64,000 bases of DNA from positions 5,036 through 69,035 of the forward strand of contig SBHD01000176.1 in assembly GCA_006226345.1 (NCBI GenBank), read 5' to 3'. Source of the DNA: Bacteroidota bacterium (lineage in GTDB: Bacteria; Bacteroidota; Bacteroidia; Chitinophagales; Saprospiraceae). This document shows, piece after piece, positions 9,542-19,961 of the stretch (its first letter is position 1; each line of letters begins with the position of its first letter). The notes beneath the pieces were generated by a model, which saw only the letters and a program-made list of their open reading frames with translations, was not told the origin of the DNA and ran no database searches. A program made the position numbers and the translations under genes.

Positions 9542-9824
9542 TCTTCCGCTGCTCGGCCCATTCGTCTTTTTTTACAAAGATGATCGGGATAAAGTCCTCA
9601 TTCGGTTCGCCGATCAGGTATAACATCCACTCCTGGTCATATTCGTTCAGTATACCCCGTATGCATTCCACACGATTGACCTGTGGCATTTCACATTCCG
9701 ACCAGTAGAATAATTCTACCCGGTAGTGTACCTGTTGCTGGACACCGTTTATGGTCATCTCAATTTCGATTTCCTGTTTTCCGGGACTTGCCGGAATTGG
9801 TATGGCTATGTGCGGCATAAGCAA
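9519..9824 (-). CDS. hypothetical protein
   Basis: 101-aa ORF with no recognised motif. Its 3' end overlaps the convergent oxidoreductase by 23 nt. Confidence 0.35.
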   Translation of the reverse strand: MLMPHIAIPIPASPGKQEIEIEMTINGVQQQVHYRVELFYWSECEMPQVNRVECIRGILNEYDQEWMLYLIGEPNEDFIPIIFVKKDEWAEQRKITHPQAV

Positions 9825-10003
9825 ATATTTAGGACATGAAACATTCCAGTTTTAACCCTTCGTAACTCTGGCAGCCTCTTGGATATACCCACATAACCCA
9901 TGCCTGATTTTCAAATATCTGATAATCAGTTTATTATATATTAATAGTGCGGCGTGGACTGTGCGAATGCGGACAATGATGTGCGTATGCGTACACTGCA
10001 GGC

Positions 10004-10120
10004 TTACCGGAACAGGGCGAGGGATTTTTCCAGGGTCTGTAATATACCCCACAACAGTGGTATTCCGACAAACAGCCAGGACAGCCATAGCGGCCAGTTT
10101 TGTTGAGTTTTATTCTTCAT
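10004..10120 (-). CDS. 38-aa single-TM small protein, possible MFS transporter small subunit
   Basis: Below the ORF-track cutoff. Manual translation gives MKNKTQQNWPLWLSWLFVGIPLLWGILQTLEKSLALFR*. Its ATG (10120-10118) lies inside the last codons of the MFS gene (ATGAAGAATAA overlap), which suggests coupling. Confidence 0.55.
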   Translation of the reverse strand: MKNKTQQNWPLWLSWLFVGIPLLWGILQTLEKSLALFR

Positions 10121-11498
10121 GGGAATCCTGATAATAGTACTTCGGATGAACGGGGCGCACACTGATATTACATACAAAGCCGATCAGTAATAACCCGGCC
10201 ATGATATACATCGTCGTGGAGTAAGCGTTGGCCGGCGGTACTTGCAGCGTTTCGATCTGATAGGCCCGCAGGTTATTGACCAATTGTGGGCCCAGCAGCG
10301 CTGCCAGGGACCAGGCCAACAACAGTCTGCCATGGATTGCACCTACTTCCATTGTGCCGAACAGATCCCGCAAATAAGCCGGTATGGTTGCAAACCCGCC
10401 GCCGTACATGCTCATAATGATGCAAAAGGCACACACAAAACCCACGATACTGCCCATCCTTCCGATCCAGGGTACAGTGAAGTATAATACTGCCCCCAAC
10501 AAAAAGAAGATGGTGTAAGTGTGCCTCCTGCCTATCTTGTCAGATAGCGAAGACCAAAAAAAACGCCCACCCATGTTGAACAAGCTAAGCAAACCGACAA
10601 AACCACCTGCCGCAGCAGCAGAAACAGCACGGGAAGCATCGACAACCCGCGTGGAAAACATTTCCTGGATCATGACTGATGCCTGCCCCAGTACACCTAT
10701 ACCGGCGGTTACATTGAGCATCAACACTCCGAACAATAAATAGAACTGTGGGGTCCGTATCGCTTTACCGGCCTCTACATTGACTTCCTGATATTGGGCG
10801 CTGCCTCCTAGTGAAGGTTTGGACCTGCTCTCGGGCTTCCAGTCATTTGCCGGAATACGTACGGTTAGTACACCAAACATCATAAAGAGCAGGTAAATAG
10901 CACCCATCGCTAGGAACGCTTCTGCCACTCCGGTAGAATGATCGTTTGAAAAGAGGTCCATCATCCGGATGGACAAAGGAGCCGCCACCATTGCTCCTCC
11001 GCCAAAGCCCATTATTGCCAATCCGGTTGCCATGCCCGGCCGGTCCGGAAACCATTTAATGAGGGTGGAAACAGGCGAAATGTAACCCAGGCCCAATCCT
11101 ATGCCGCCAAGTACCCCATGTCCCAGGTAGAGCAGCCAAATATTGTGGAGCCAGACACCAAATGCTGATAACACAAAGCCACCGGAAAAGCATATTGCGG
11201 AGACAAACATTGCCTTGCGCGGCCCGGCTCTTTCCAGCCATTTTCCAAAAACCGCTGCCGCTGCCCCCAGACAAAACAAGGCAATAGAAAAAACATGACC
11301 GATCTCCACCAGGGTCCAGTCTTCAGGAGTGGAATGATCCAGGCCAAGGACCTGGGTCAGCGGTTTGTTAAATACGCTGTAAGCATAGATCTGGCCAATG
11401 CATAAGTGAATGGCCAGCGCAGCAGGCGGTACCCGCCAACGGTTGAACCCGGGCGGTGCTATAGTATTGGATCGGTCCAGAAACCGGGCAAATGACAT
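10110..11498 (-). CDS. MFS transporter, oxalate/formate antiporter (OFA) family
   Basis: 462 aa and about 12 TM. The N-terminus (...RWRVPPAALAIHLCIGQIYAYSVFNKPL) is characteristic of OFA-family MFS proteins. Confidence 0.85.
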   Translation of the reverse strand: MSFARFLDRSNTIAPPGFNRWRVPPAALAIHLCIGQIYAYSVFNKPLTQVLGLDHSTPEDWTLVEIGHVFSIALFCLGAAAAVFGKWLERAGPRKAMFVSAICFSGGFVLSAFGVWLHNIWLLYLGHGVLGGIGLGLGYISPVSTLIKWFPDRPGMATGLAIMGFGGGAMVAAPLSIRMMDLFSNDHSTGVAEAFLAMGAIYLLFMMFGVLTVRIPANDWKPESRSKPSLGGSAQYQEVNVEAGKAIRTPQFYLLFGVLMLNVTAGIGVLGQASVMIQEMFSTRVVDASRAVSAAAAGGFVGLLSLFNMGGRFFWSSLSDKIGRRHTYTIFFLLGAVLYFTVPWIGRMGSIVGFVCAFCIIMSMYGGGFATIPAYLRDLFGTMEVGAIHGRLLLAWSLAALLGPQLVNNLRAYQIETLQVPPANAYSTTMYIMAGLLLIGFVCNISVRPVHPKYYYQDSHEE

Positions 11499-11591
11499 AA
11501 CAGAACGGCTAGTTTTTACCGGTTAAAGTAAAAAGAAATCCATGGTTGCGAAAAGCGTTCTCTGATTTAAGTCCATTTGCCATAACCAGTA

Positions 11592-14042
11592 TTAATCCGA
11601 CCGCAGACTTTTTACAGGACTGCCCAGCGCTGCGCGAACGCTTTGAATACTGATCGTAATAAACGCGATCAGGATCGCTGCCAGCCCGGAAAGCAGGAAT
11701 ATCCACCACGGCACCTGAATGTGATAAGAGAATGTTTCCAACCATTGTTGCATAAAATACCAGGTCAGTGGAGCCGCAACCAATAGCGCGAGTCCGACCA
11801 GGAGCAGATATCCCTTTGAGAGCATCCCGACAATACCTGCTACACTTGCTCCCAGTATTTTACGTATGCCGATCTCTTTGGCTTTCTGGTGGATAGTGAA
11901 ACTGATCAGACCAAACAGGCCGAAACAGGAAAGGAAAATGGCAATTGCAGAAAAATACCCGATCAGGCTGGCCAGCCGCTGCTCTTCCTGATATGCCAGT
12001 TGCAGGTTGTCATCCAGGAATGCGTATTCAAATGCCTTTTCGGGAAAATAGTCCTTCCAGTGCCGCTCGATCAGATCAAGTGTTGCCGGGATATTATCCT
12101 GCTTTACCCGGATCGCAAATGTGGTGAAAGCACCTACGCCAACGTCCATAATAACAGGCTCCAGAGCTGCTTGCAGTCCGCGGGTGTGAAAATTATTGAC
12201 AACCCCAACGATATGACCTCTTTTACCACCCTTGGTCATTGATTTTCCAATGGCTTCGGCAGGCGAATTCCAGCCCAGCGTTTTTACAGCCATTTCATTG
12301 ATAATAAAGGCATCTATGTGGTCGCTGCCATATTCTTTACCAAAATTCCGCCCCTCCAGGATCTGTAGCCCGAATGTTTGTGCAAAATCGTAATCTGCGG
12401 AGATGCAGGGCAGGAATACATTATCCTCAACCGTGATCTTGTCTGTCGTGATCGGATGCCGGACCGCACCTACTCCCGGCAGGTTGGATGCCTGCGTGAT
12501 CGCTTCAATTTGCGGATGCTGTAACAGTTTTTCCTCAAATGCCAGTGTGCGGCCCCGCAGGGTAGAATCTCCTGGCATAAACGCCGCATTCATATTCGGG
12601 CTGAATAAAGGCACGGCGAGTACCTGATTTCGTTCAAATCCCAACGGCATATTTTCCCAATACCGCAGTTGGGACAGGATAACAAACGTGCCACTCAGCA
12701 AGGCAATACCAACGATAAACTGGATTGTGATCAGCGACTTGCGTAACCACTGGCGCCCACCGGTGTGGCCGGTATGGTGCTGGAATATACGAGCCGGCTG
12801 AAACCGGCTGGCGATTACGGCCGGATACAGACCTGCCAGCAGTCCGGTTACAAGTGCTATTCCCGCAAACAGAGCAGTCTGGGGCCAGTTCCCTAGCAGG
12901 TTGAATGAAATGGTACGGGCCGTCAAAGCATTCAGGTAAGGCAAAACCAGGCTAACCCCAATTAATGCCAGTATGCAGGCAAAAATACAGATCAGAACTG
13001 CCTCGCTGACCAACTGGCTGATCAGACCTCCTTTTCCTGCACCTAACACCTTGCGAACGGCAACTTCTTTCATCCGATCCAGGTAGATCGCATTGGACAG
13101 GTTTATAAAATTGATCGCCGCGATCAGCAGGATCAGGAGCCCTACAATTGCGAACAACCGCAGGTATGCCAGGTTGGCTACCGGCTCCGGCTCGCCCTCT
13201 GCCTCCGACAACAAATGGATTTCCGAGACAGGGAACAAAACAAAGGCCTGCTTATCAATGAAATTTGGGTCGCCAAACCGTTTCAGAAAGTCCGGGAAAG
13301 CGGCATCAACCGCTCCACTTGAAGTGCCTTCACGGAGTCGAACATAGGTATAGGTATATGATGCTATCCAATTGGCATTTTGTGCGATCAGGATAGATTC
13401 CCGTGCATAGTCCGGTTCAGTATCTACAATATTGGAAAAGGGTACCAACAGATCAAAATGCAAATGTGCCTGCTCGGGAAAGTCCCTGACCACAGCATTG
13501 ACCTTGAATGGTTGTTGTTGGCCAGCCAAAAGCAGGGTCCGGCCCAGGGCCTGCCGTGTACCGAAAAAACGTTCGGCTGTTTCTTCCGTAAGTACAACAG
13601 TAAACGGTTCCTGCAAAGCCTGTTCCGGGTTGCCTTGCACAAATTCAAAATCAAATACTTGTGTGGCCGTACTGTCGGCAAACAATGCATTGGGGATCTC
13701 GATCTGCCTGTCCTGTTCCGGGTCCCGTACGCTGATACTCCGCGGGTAAAAGCGCGCGGCCGTTTCAATTTGGGGGAAATTATCAACTAACCGGGGCCCT
13801 ATCGGTGCGGGTATGCGTGTCAGTTCAAATGTACTGCCGGAAAACTTTGCCTGATAATTGACTCGATAAAGCCGGTCAACACTCTCGTGGAACCGATCAT
13901 ACTGCCGTTCGTGCCGGACATACAACAAGATCAGGAAACAACACATCAACCCAACTGCCATACCAAACAGGTTGATGGCAGTATATCCCTTTTGCTTCCA
14001 AAGGTTCCGGCTGGCGATTTTCAGGTAGTTTTTGATCATCAT
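11592..14042 (-). CDS. ABC transporter permease, fused double MacB-periplasmic/FtsX module (paralog 5)
   Basis: Start trimmed to MMIKNYLKIASRNLWKQKGY. Two FtsX-type TM bundles, each preceded by a large periplasmic domain. C-terminal tail SPVKSLRSD is shared with the paralogs. Confidence 0.9.
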   Translation of the reverse strand: MMIKNYLKIASRNLWKQKGYTAINLFGMAVGLMCCFLILLYVRHERQYDRFHESVDRLYRVNYQAKFSGSTFELTRIPAPIGPRLVDNFPQIETAARFYPRSISVRDPEQDRQIEIPNALFADSTATQVFDFEFVQGNPEQALQEPFTVVLTEETAERFFGTRQALGRTLLLAGQQQPFKVNAVVRDFPEQAHLHFDLLVPFSNIVDTEPDYARESILIAQNANWIASYTYTYVRLREGTSSGAVDAAFPDFLKRFGDPNFIDKQAFVLFPVSEIHLLSEAEGEPEPVANLAYLRLFAIVGLLILLIAAINFINLSNAIYLDRMKEVAVRKVLGAGKGGLISQLVSEAVLICIFACILALIGVSLVLPYLNALTARTISFNLLGNWPQTALFAGIALVTGLLAGLYPAVIASRFQPARIFQHHTGHTGGRQWLRKSLITIQFIVGIALLSGTFVILSQLRYWENMPLGFERNQVLAVPLFSPNMNAAFMPGDSTLRGRTLAFEEKLLQHPQIEAITQASNLPGVGAVRHPITTDKITVEDNVFLPCISADYDFAQTFGLQILEGRNFGKEYGSDHIDAFIINEMAVKTLGWNSPAEAIGKSMTKGGKRGHIVGVVNNFHTRGLQAALEPVIMDVGVGAFTTFAIRVKQDNIPATLDLIERHWKDYFPEKAFEYAFLDDNLQLAYQEEQRLASLIGYFSAIAIFLSCFGLFGLISFTIHQKAKEIGIRKILGASVAGIVGMLSKGYLLLVGLALLVAAPLTWYFMQQWLETFSYHIQVPWWIFLLSGLAAILIAFITISIQSVRAALGSPVKSLRSD

Positions 14043-14064
14043 AATCTTGTTTTTTCGCTGCTGC

Positions 14065-14949
14065 TTACGGCAGTTCGATCCGGCATATTTCAAAATTATT
14101 CGCCCCCCGAAACCCGGTTATCAGCAGGTGCCTGCCATCTGGGCTCCAGGAAGGCAGGGTGTCACCATCGGAATTATGGGTGATCTGCTGTTTTTTCTTG
14201 CCGTTGCGACGCATGATAAATATTTCCGGGCGGCTTTCTGCCATCGATTGAACATAGGCGATCTGCGTTCCATCCGCCGACCAGGCGGGGCAGAAACTGT
14301 GGCCGGACACATTTGTGCACCGTTTCCATCTGCCGGTATCCAGATTTAGTGTGTAGACCTCATCGTAAAGGTTGCCGGTTTCGTGCCGGGCATGAAAGGT
14401 CAGACTTGACCCGTCCGGCGACCAGTTTGCATAAGCATACCGGTAATTACCGATGGTCAGCAACCGGAGCGAACGGTCGCTTATCCGGTACAGATAAAGG
14501 TGAAACACAGCCGTATCCACCTGTAAGGTAAAAACAATGGACCCGCCATCCGGCGAAACTCGGCCAAAGTGCATGTCCCCTCCCGGAACAGCAACCTGCA
14601 CGGCCTTTTCAACCACGTCACTGTCCAAACTGAACCAGTACAGGATTGAGTGGCCGCTGCGATCAGACTCAAACAAAACAGACCGGCCGTCCGGGTGCCA
14701 GGATGGCTGCCGGTTATTGGCGGTATCCTGTGTCAGTTGCCGGACATTGTTGCCATCAATATCCATTTGATAAATATCCCAGGTGCCGCTTCTGTCGGAC
14801 TCAAAGATGATCGAACGCCCGTCCGGAGCGTAACTGGCATACCGGTCATTAGCCGGATGCCTGGTCAGACAGGTCTCCTGGTAAGTGGCCTGTGCGGGTA
14901 GTGTCCCGGGTCCACAAAGCAATGCGAACCACAGCCAGTGCCAATTCAT
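14065..14949 (-). CDS. TolB-like WD40/PD40 beta-propeller protein, secreted
   Basis: Repeated PD40 motifs (PDGRSIIFESDRSGTWDIYQMDIDG, PDGRSVLFESDRSG, SPDGSSLTF, SADGTQIAYV, SPDGRHLLI). Start set to the ATG that gives signal peptide MNWHWLWFALLCGPGTLPAQA. Confidence 0.85.
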   Translation of the reverse strand: MNWHWLWFALLCGPGTLPAQATYQETCLTRHPANDRYASYAPDGRSIIFESDRSGTWDIYQMDIDGNNVRQLTQDTANNRQPSWHPDGRSVLFESDRSGHSILYWFSLDSDVVEKAVQVAVPGGDMHFGRVSPDGGSIVFTLQVDTAVFHLYLYRISDRSLRLLTIGNYRYAYANWSPDGSSLTFHARHETGNLYDEVYTLNLDTGRWKRCTNVSGHSFCPAWSADGTQIAYVQSMAESRPEIFIMRRNGKKKQQITHNSDGDTLPSWSPDGRHLLITGFRGANNFEICRIELP

Positions 14950-15043
14950 AAAGAAGCGCTGACGTAGCGAAGAGTTAACCCAACCGGAAATCACATGCAT
15001 ACAGGCAACAATTTTACTGGTCGCCCGACTACGACCGGGACTA

Positions 15044-17452
15044 TTATTCCGTTCTTAATTGATTTGCCGGGTTGTTAAGGGCTGCCCGTACGGTCTGTGA
15101 ACCGATGGTCAGCATACCCAGACCAAACAGGACCAGAATGCCAGGGATGAATACAAGCACGTTTAGCGGGATATGGAACGCAAAACTTTCCAAAACTTTA
15201 CTACCGAGGAGAAAGCTGGCCGGGACCGCCAGCAATGTAGCGACCACGAGTAAAGAGAGATATCCTTTGGATAACATGCGTATCAGATCGGCCGGGGCTG
15301 CACCGATCACCTTTCGTATACTGATTTCCTTGGCCCGGGTTTCGACGGAATAAATGGCCATGCCTAATAATCCCATGCAGGCGATCAGAATCCCCATGGC
15401 GCCGAAATAGGCAACGATCCAGATGATATCATACAGATTGGCAAAGTTCTCCTGAACTGTTTCATCATAAAATTGATAGGAGAGATCGGTAGACGGGTCG
15501 ATACGTTTCCAGGAACGCTCCAACGCTGTGATGGCAGCAGGGACATCCGTTGTTTTCAGCCGTACATTCAAAATATTCCATTGGGCCGGGTCGTATCGCA
15601 GCAACAGGGGTTCTAGGGCATAGTTGAGGGGCTTATACAGAAAATCTTCTACCACGCCACGGATGGTGAGAGTCGTACTGTCGCCGATAATAATCGGTTT
15701 ACCGATCGCTTCTGCTGGAGTTCCAAGTTTGAATTGCTCCAGGAATTTGGGATTAACAACGGCAAACAATTCCCTTTGCTGCGTAGGGTTATCCGGAAAG
15801 GAAGTGCCGGCAACCAATTTCAGGTCCATGTTGTCCAGGTACTGATCATCGACAAAGTAATCCCGTACCCCAAACGGTTCAGCCTGCATCTCTGTGCGGA
15901 CGTCAATTTTGCTGTCCTCCCAGGTACCCATCAGATGGGACACCGCCGAAACCTGTTCCACATGTGCGTTTTGCCGGAACTCAGCGAACAAGGGGCCCAG
16001 TTCTTTGTCTTGAGTGTCAATATTGACCAGGGTGTGTTCTCCAAAACCAAAATTTCCCTGCAAGGCATAGTTCACTTGTTTCCAGATGATGGTCAACATC
16101 ACCATAAAAAATAGTGAAACCGCAAATTGCGACACCAACAGCACCTTGCGCAACCCGATCCGGCTGAAAAGCCGGACGTTCTGCAGTTTCTGCATGATCG
16201 CCAGCGGCTGAAACCGCGACAAGACCAGTGCCGGCAGCAAGCCGGCAACCAAGCCCACTACGATGGCGAAGGCCAGGAACCATCCTGCTACAGGAGCATC
16301 CAGAACAAGGCTTACATCGGAAAACTCCAGGAATTGCAGTTGGTTGAATAACGGGATCGTCAGTTGTAAAAGCCCGAATGCCAGCACCAGAGCGATGCCG
16401 GCCACAACTATGGATTCACTGATAAATTGCCGGAATACCTGCCAACGTGACGCACCCATAACTTTTCGCACTCCAATCTCTTTGGCCCGGTTCAATGCAC
16501 GGGCAATGGTCAGGTTGGTATAGTTGAAACAGGCAGAGAGGATCACGATACCGCTCAGAACCCCAAGGAACCAGAGCAGGAGTTCGGGAAGGCCCCGGCC
16601 CATATTATTGGATAGTACCGGCCCCGGTGTGATCTGGCCCAGGGATTGCAGGCGGAAGCGGTAGCCGGCATCCCGGCTTTCCAGTTCCAGGTCCGCAAAG
16701 GCGTCTGTTGCGATCTGCTTTAATGCCTGCTCCGCTGCTTCTTTCGATACGCCTTCCCGTAGCCGTACAAAACTGTATGTACTATAATAGTTGTTCCAGT
16801 TATCCAGTACCGGCGATAACTCTGGATTCGCCTGCTCAATACCAGTAAGTGTGCTTAATGCGCCGAGGGCCTCGAACTCCAGGTGGGTCTTTCCGGGAAA
16901 AGGAGCCAGCACACCAGTTACCTTGAAATTGCCCAGCACATCATTTTCCAGCACCTGGCCGACCGGGTTACTGCCCGGGAAAAACTTTTGGGCGGTTTCA
17001 CTTGTAAGAACGATCGAGTTTGGTTCGGTCAGCACGGTCAGAGGGTTTCCATACTCCAGCTGAAATCCAAAAACATCAAAAAATGCACCATCAGTGAGCA
17101 ATCCCCTTACGGGCAATGTCTTACCGTCATACCGGAAATCGCCGTTCAGACGGCGTACTAAAGGCACCCAGGACTGTACATAAGAAAAGTCCTCGGTCAG
17201 TGCTTTGCCGACCGGAAGTGGTATGGTGGCGTAACTTTCCTCACCTCCGCCTTTCCGTTGAGCGTCCGTGATCATCCGATACACCCGGTCACTTTCGGGG
17301 TGGAAACGGTCAAACTGGTAAGCATCCCGGATCAGCATGATCACTAATAAGCAAACACTCATGCTGGCGGCGAGACCGAAAATATTGATAAACGAAAAGG
17401 ACTTGTTTTTGAACAGCGACCGTAGCGCCACTTTAAGGTAGTTGGTCCACAT
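15044..17452 (-). CDS. ABC transporter permease, fused double MacB-periplasmic/FtsX module (paralog 4)
   Basis: 802 aa. N-terminus MWTNYLKVALRSLFKNKSFSFINIFGL and C-terminus NPANQLRTE, with the same architecture as the neighbours. Confidence 0.9.
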   Translation of the reverse strand: MWTNYLKVALRSLFKNKSFSFINIFGLAASMSVCLLVIMLIRDAYQFDRFHPESDRVYRMITDAQRKGGGEESYATIPLPVGKALTEDFSYVQSWVPLVRRLNGDFRYDGKTLPVRGLLTDGAFFDVFGFQLEYGNPLTVLTEPNSIVLTSETAQKFFPGSNPVGQVLENDVLGNFKVTGVLAPFPGKTHLEFEALGALSTLTGIEQANPELSPVLDNWNNYYSTYSFVRLREGVSKEAAEQALKQIATDAFADLELESRDAGYRFRLQSLGQITPGPVLSNNMGRGLPELLLWFLGVLSGIVILSACFNYTNLTIARALNRAKEIGVRKVMGASRWQVFRQFISESIVVAGIALVLAFGLLQLTIPLFNQLQFLEFSDVSLVLDAPVAGWFLAFAIVVGLVAGLLPALVLSRFQPLAIMQKLQNVRLFSRIGLRKVLLVSQFAVSLFFMVMLTIIWKQVNYALQGNFGFGEHTLVNIDTQDKELGPLFAEFRQNAHVEQVSAVSHLMGTWEDSKIDVRTEMQAEPFGVRDYFVDDQYLDNMDLKLVAGTSFPDNPTQQRELFAVVNPKFLEQFKLGTPAEAIGKPIIIGDSTTLTIRGVVEDFLYKPLNYALEPLLLRYDPAQWNILNVRLKTTDVPAAITALERSWKRIDPSTDLSYQFYDETVQENFANLYDIIWIVAYFGAMGILIACMGLLGMAIYSVETRAKEISIRKVIGAAPADLIRMLSKGYLSLLVVATLLAVPASFLLGSKVLESFAFHIPLNVLVFIPGILVLFGLGMLTIGSQTVRAALNNPANQLRTE

Positions 17453-17464
17453 GACTGAGCAGTT

Positions 17465-19924
17465 TTATTCGTTACGCAATGCCTTTACAGGGTTGGAGAG
17501 TGCTGCACGGATACTTTGCAACCCAACGGTCATAAAGGCTACCAGCAGAGCGATTATTCCGGCAAGCACAAACACCCACCAACCTACCTCAATGCGATAG
17601 GCAAAATTTTCCAACCAACGGTCCATGAATAGCCAGGCGAGCGGCGTAGCCAGGACCAGCGCGATCAATACGAGTTTCAGGAATTCAGCGGAAAGCAATC
17701 TGACAATTCCGGTGGTGGTAGCGCCCAGGACTTTACGGATCCCGATTTCCTTGGTGCGCCGTTCTGCGGTATAGATCGCCAGCCCGAAAAGTCCAAGACA
17801 AGAAACAAGCACCGAAAGCAAGGCAAAAATTCCGGCGATCTTACCAATCCGTTGTTCGGAAATATACACCTTGGAAAAAGCATCATCCATAAACCGGTAA
17901 GCAAATGGCTGGCCTGGCGCCAGTCGTTTCCAGGAATTCTCCAGTGATGCAAGCAGCGGTTGTGTTTCAGCGGCCTTATACCGTATGGATATGTACGACC
18001 TTGAATCGCCCAACCAAAAGGAGAGCGGCCCGATATGGTCCCGCAGACTGGAAAAATGAAAGTCCTTTACTACACCGATCACGGTATGTTCTTCAAAATC
18101 GTCCGGCACCTGGTCCCCTTTAATGCGACCTTTAGGTGAATATATTTTTGATCCCAGTGGCTCGCTGAAGCCAAAAAGCGCCGCGGCTGTTTCGTTAATC
18201 ACTACAGCAGAACTGTCTGACGGGAACCGTTCCGGATCAAAATACCGGCCGGATACTATTTCCAGGCCGAGTGTTTTAATATAATCCGGATCCGTTACCC
18301 AGCGCTGCATATTGACCGACTGATCCTCCCGGAACGCCCGTACCTTGCTGAAGGTCTGATCACTCCGGTTGGAAGGCACCGGCAGATACCCGGAAATGGT
18401 AGCGGTTTCTACCGCCGGATGCTGCAAGGCCTCATGTTTAAAGGCACTGATGGCATCTCCCAGCGCATAAGCATCCTCCAGGATCAGTACCTGATCCTTT
18501 TGGAAACCGAGTTTTTTTTGCTGGATGTAGTTTAACTGATTATATACAACTGCCGTGGCAATGATCAGTGCGATGGAAGTTGCAAACTGGAATACGACCA
18601 GAACACTGCGTAAACGGCCTCCTCCTCTTTTTCCCTCAGACTGCCCTTTCAGCGTATGGATCGGCGAAAAGGACGAGAGGAAAAATGCAGGGTAGATACC
18701 AGCCAAAAATCCCACGATGGCAATACCGGCAACCAATGCCAGCCAGAAAAATGGCTGCCCCCATGGCATGGTAATTGGCCGCACTGTGATATCGGCAAAC
18801 CAGGGCATGACCAGTGCCGCTATACAGACGGCCAGTCCTACAGCAATAGTGGCCAGTATAATGGACTCTCCTAAAAACTGCCGGATCAATGCTGTCCGGG
18901 GGCTGCCTAATACTTTGCGCACACCAATTTCGCGCGCCCGGTGTGCCGAGCGTGCAGTCGTAAGATTCATGAAATTTATACAGGCGATCAGGAGTACAAA
19001 TAATGCAATGGCACTAAATATCCAAACATGCTGGATACTGCCATTAGGCTGCAACTCTGCAGTTTTATCCGAAAAAAGATGGATTACGGTTAGTGGTTGA
19101 AGGGAGTACCGCACATATTGCCCGGTTGACTCCAGCATGGAAATGTCCTGACCAAAAATACGTCGGGCTGTTTCATTGACCTTCTCTTTGGAGAAAGCCA
19201 GGAATTTCTTTTCAAAGTCCTTGAGGTTTACACCATCCCGGATCAGGATGTATGTCTGAAAGTTGTTGCTGGATGCCCACAGCGGCGTGTCGTTCAGTAC
19301 CTCCTCATTTCCATTCATAGAAAGCAGCAGGTCGGCTTTGAAGTGGGTAGTAGGAGGAAGGTCTTCATAAACAGCCCGTACCACCCAGTTTTCCTTATTG
19401 TCCAGGATGAGCGTTTGACCGATCGCCATTTGCAAAGCACCGAAATATTTGATCGCCCGGCTTTTTGAAATTGCCAGTGACTTGGGTTGGGTCAGACAGG
19501 TGCGCGGGTCGCCTTCCAGCACCTGTACCGGGAACACTTGAAAAAAACTACTATCCACTGTCAGCGCGTCCTCTTCCCGGATATTCTGCTGGTCTTCCCC
19601 TTCGCGTTTGACGAGATAGGAACCGTATTGCCTAAACCGGCAGTAGGCCTCCACCTCGGGGAATTGCTGTTTCATGTCCGGTCCGATCGGACTACCCGTC
19701 ACTGCCAGGTCAAAATGCGAACCGCCAAACTGGATCTCGGTTACCGGCCGGAAGATCCGGTCTGCATTCGGATTCCATTTGTCATATGCCAGCTCGTAAA
19801 CAACAAAAAGCAGGATTAGCATACAGCAGGCTACGCCAATGGCCAGGCCGGCGATATTGATCAATGTGAATGCTTTGTATTTACGCAGATTTCGAATGGT
19901 GATCTTCAGATAGTTGTACAACAT
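17465..19924 (-). CDS. ABC transporter permease, fused double MacB-periplasmic/FtsX module (paralog 3)
   Basis: 819 aa. N-terminus MLYNYLKITIRNLRKYKAFTLINIAGL and C-terminus NPVKALRNE. Confidence 0.9.
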   Translation of the reverse strand: MLYNYLKITIRNLRKYKAFTLINIAGLAIGVACCMLILLFVVYELAYDKWNPNADRIFRPVTEIQFGGSHFDLAVTGSPIGPDMKQQFPEVEAYCRFRQYGSYLVKREGEDQQNIREEDALTVDSSFFQVFPVQVLEGDPRTCLTQPKSLAISKSRAIKYFGALQMAIGQTLILDNKENWVVRAVYEDLPPTTHFKADLLLSMNGNEEVLNDTPLWASSNNFQTYILIRDGVNLKDFEKKFLAFSKEKVNETARRIFGQDISMLESTGQYVRYSLQPLTVIHLFSDKTAELQPNGSIQHVWIFSAIALFVLLIACINFMNLTTARSAHRAREIGVRKVLGSPRTALIRQFLGESIILATIAVGLAVCIAALVMPWFADITVRPITMPWGQPFFWLALVAGIAIVGFLAGIYPAFFLSSFSPIHTLKGQSEGKRGGGRLRSVLVVFQFATSIALIIATAVVYNQLNYIQQKKLGFQKDQVLILEDAYALGDAISAFKHEALQHPAVETATISGYLPVPSNRSDQTFSKVRAFREDQSVNMQRWVTDPDYIKTLGLEIVSGRYFDPERFPSDSSAVVINETAAALFGFSEPLGSKIYSPKGRIKGDQVPDDFEEHTVIGVVKDFHFSSLRDHIGPLSFWLGDSRSYISIRYKAAETQPLLASLENSWKRLAPGQPFAYRFMDDAFSKVYISEQRIGKIAGIFALLSVLVSCLGLFGLAIYTAERRTKEIGIRKVLGATTTGIVRLLSAEFLKLVLIALVLATPLAWLFMDRWLENFAYRIEVGWWVFVLAGIIALLVAFMTVGLQSIRAALSNPVKALRNE

Positions 19925-19961
19925 GGCGCATTGTTTTCAATGATATTGCAGAACAGATGGG

